64,000 bases of DNA, from NCBI GenBank assembly GCA_032718475.1, contig JAUCBJ010002723.1, positions 58,974 through 122,973 of the forward strand, given 5' to 3'. The notes under the pieces were generated by a model, which was not told the origin of the DNA, searched no databases, and saw nothing but the letters and a program-made list of their open reading frames with translations. Position numbers and translations under genes: made by a program. The first letter of the stretch is position 1; every line of letters starts with the position of its first letter. This stretch comes from Nemertoderma westbladi. Its lineage: Eukaryota > Animalia > Xenacoelomorpha. Below, in pieces: positions 63,476 through 64,000 of this stretch.

Positions 63476-64000
63476 TTAATCGATATGTATTTCTTTCCTG
63501 CTATTTAAACTTAATGATTGATCATAAATATTAAAAACGATTACATTTATGGTTTCAACCAACGGTTCGGCAAATCTTAATTTTAATTGGCCGTTAGTAT
63601 ATATCGACGGTTGTGGATCTCTAACATAGCCGTCGGCGGTTAGGTCCCAGGATAGGATGGGGCAATTACCTAAGTAGGTTTCATGGTCTATATTATTACC
63701 TCCATAACCGTTAATATATGTATTCATGTTCTTCATTAATTGAGTGTACTCAAAAATATATGTTCCATCTATAAAATTAGGCTCGTATATTACACCACCT
63801 ACTGGAAGACCGTCTACAATCAGTTCCGCGCGTCTAAGGTTAAAATGTTCAAATTTCAAGGGATTGCTAATTAATTCTCCCGAATAAGCGTTATTTGTTA
63901 TGAAGCCAATAATAACTAATTTGGGTTTTTTACCATCAAATATGTTTGTTTGGGTGTAATTTGTGGTTTGAGCGGGAATAGTAAATGTTGTCACTAGTGT
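63476..64000 (-). CDS. Polinton double-jelly-roll major capsid protein, C-terminal part
   Basis: FTIP...NIFDGKKPKLVIIGF...AYSG...NPLKFEHFNL...WDLTAD...LKLRFAEPLVETINVIVF; adjacent to the protease. Confidence 0.88.
   Translation of the reverse strand, partial: TLVTTFTIPAQTTNYTQTNIFDGKKPKLVIIGFITNNAYSGELISNPLKFEHFNLRRAELIVDGLPVGGVIYEPNFIDGTYIFEYTQLMKNMNTYINGYGGNNIDHETYLGNCPILSWDLTADGYVRDPQPSIYTNGQLKLRFAEPLVETINVIVFNIYDQSLSLNSRKEIHID

Larger units (their letters stand above)
54950..64000. mobile_element. Polinton/Maverick (endogenous adintovirus-like) remnant, continuing past the right edge
   Basis: pPolB, adenain-like protease, major capsid protein and conserved accessory ORFs. Confidence 0.92.

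Overview
AT-rich metazoan genomic DNA made almost entirely of nested and decayed mobile elements around one apparently intact host gene (intronless F-box/WD40, 43548-44888). Left to right: (1) the 3' part of a Helitron-like region (GIY-YIG domain, spliced PIF1-type helicase exons, spliced single OB-fold gene, BESS-like remnant, 686-bp tandem array, hairpin+CTAG end at 12129); (2) a pogo/DDE_1 transposase remnant, an RTE-like LINE and a Merlin transposon; (3) a full-length 18.4-kb BEL/Pao LTR retrotransposon inserted into the Merlin ORF (16232-34607, TSD ACCAT); (4) MITEs, LINE remnants, a tRNA-Ser pseudogene and a fibrinogen-domain relic; (5) a decayed, partly duplicated Polinton/Maverick (pPolB, adenain-like protease, major capsid). 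The most unusual object is the BEL/Pao element. It has TA...TA termini and no tRNA primer-binding site; instead the PBS-position 11-mer is perfectly complementary to a sequence in its own long U5. It also has a Pol III A/B-box unit in U3 and a palindromic 16-mer repeated 7 times. In the env position, with env-like splice signals, it carries a ~1235-codon ORF encoding a WRN/EXD/mut-7-like DEDDy 3'-5' exonuclease plus three CCHC knuckles. Together these suggest, by inference only, a self-priming retrotransposon that encodes its own RNA-trimming nuclease. All domain calls are by-eye motif recognition; no searches were run.
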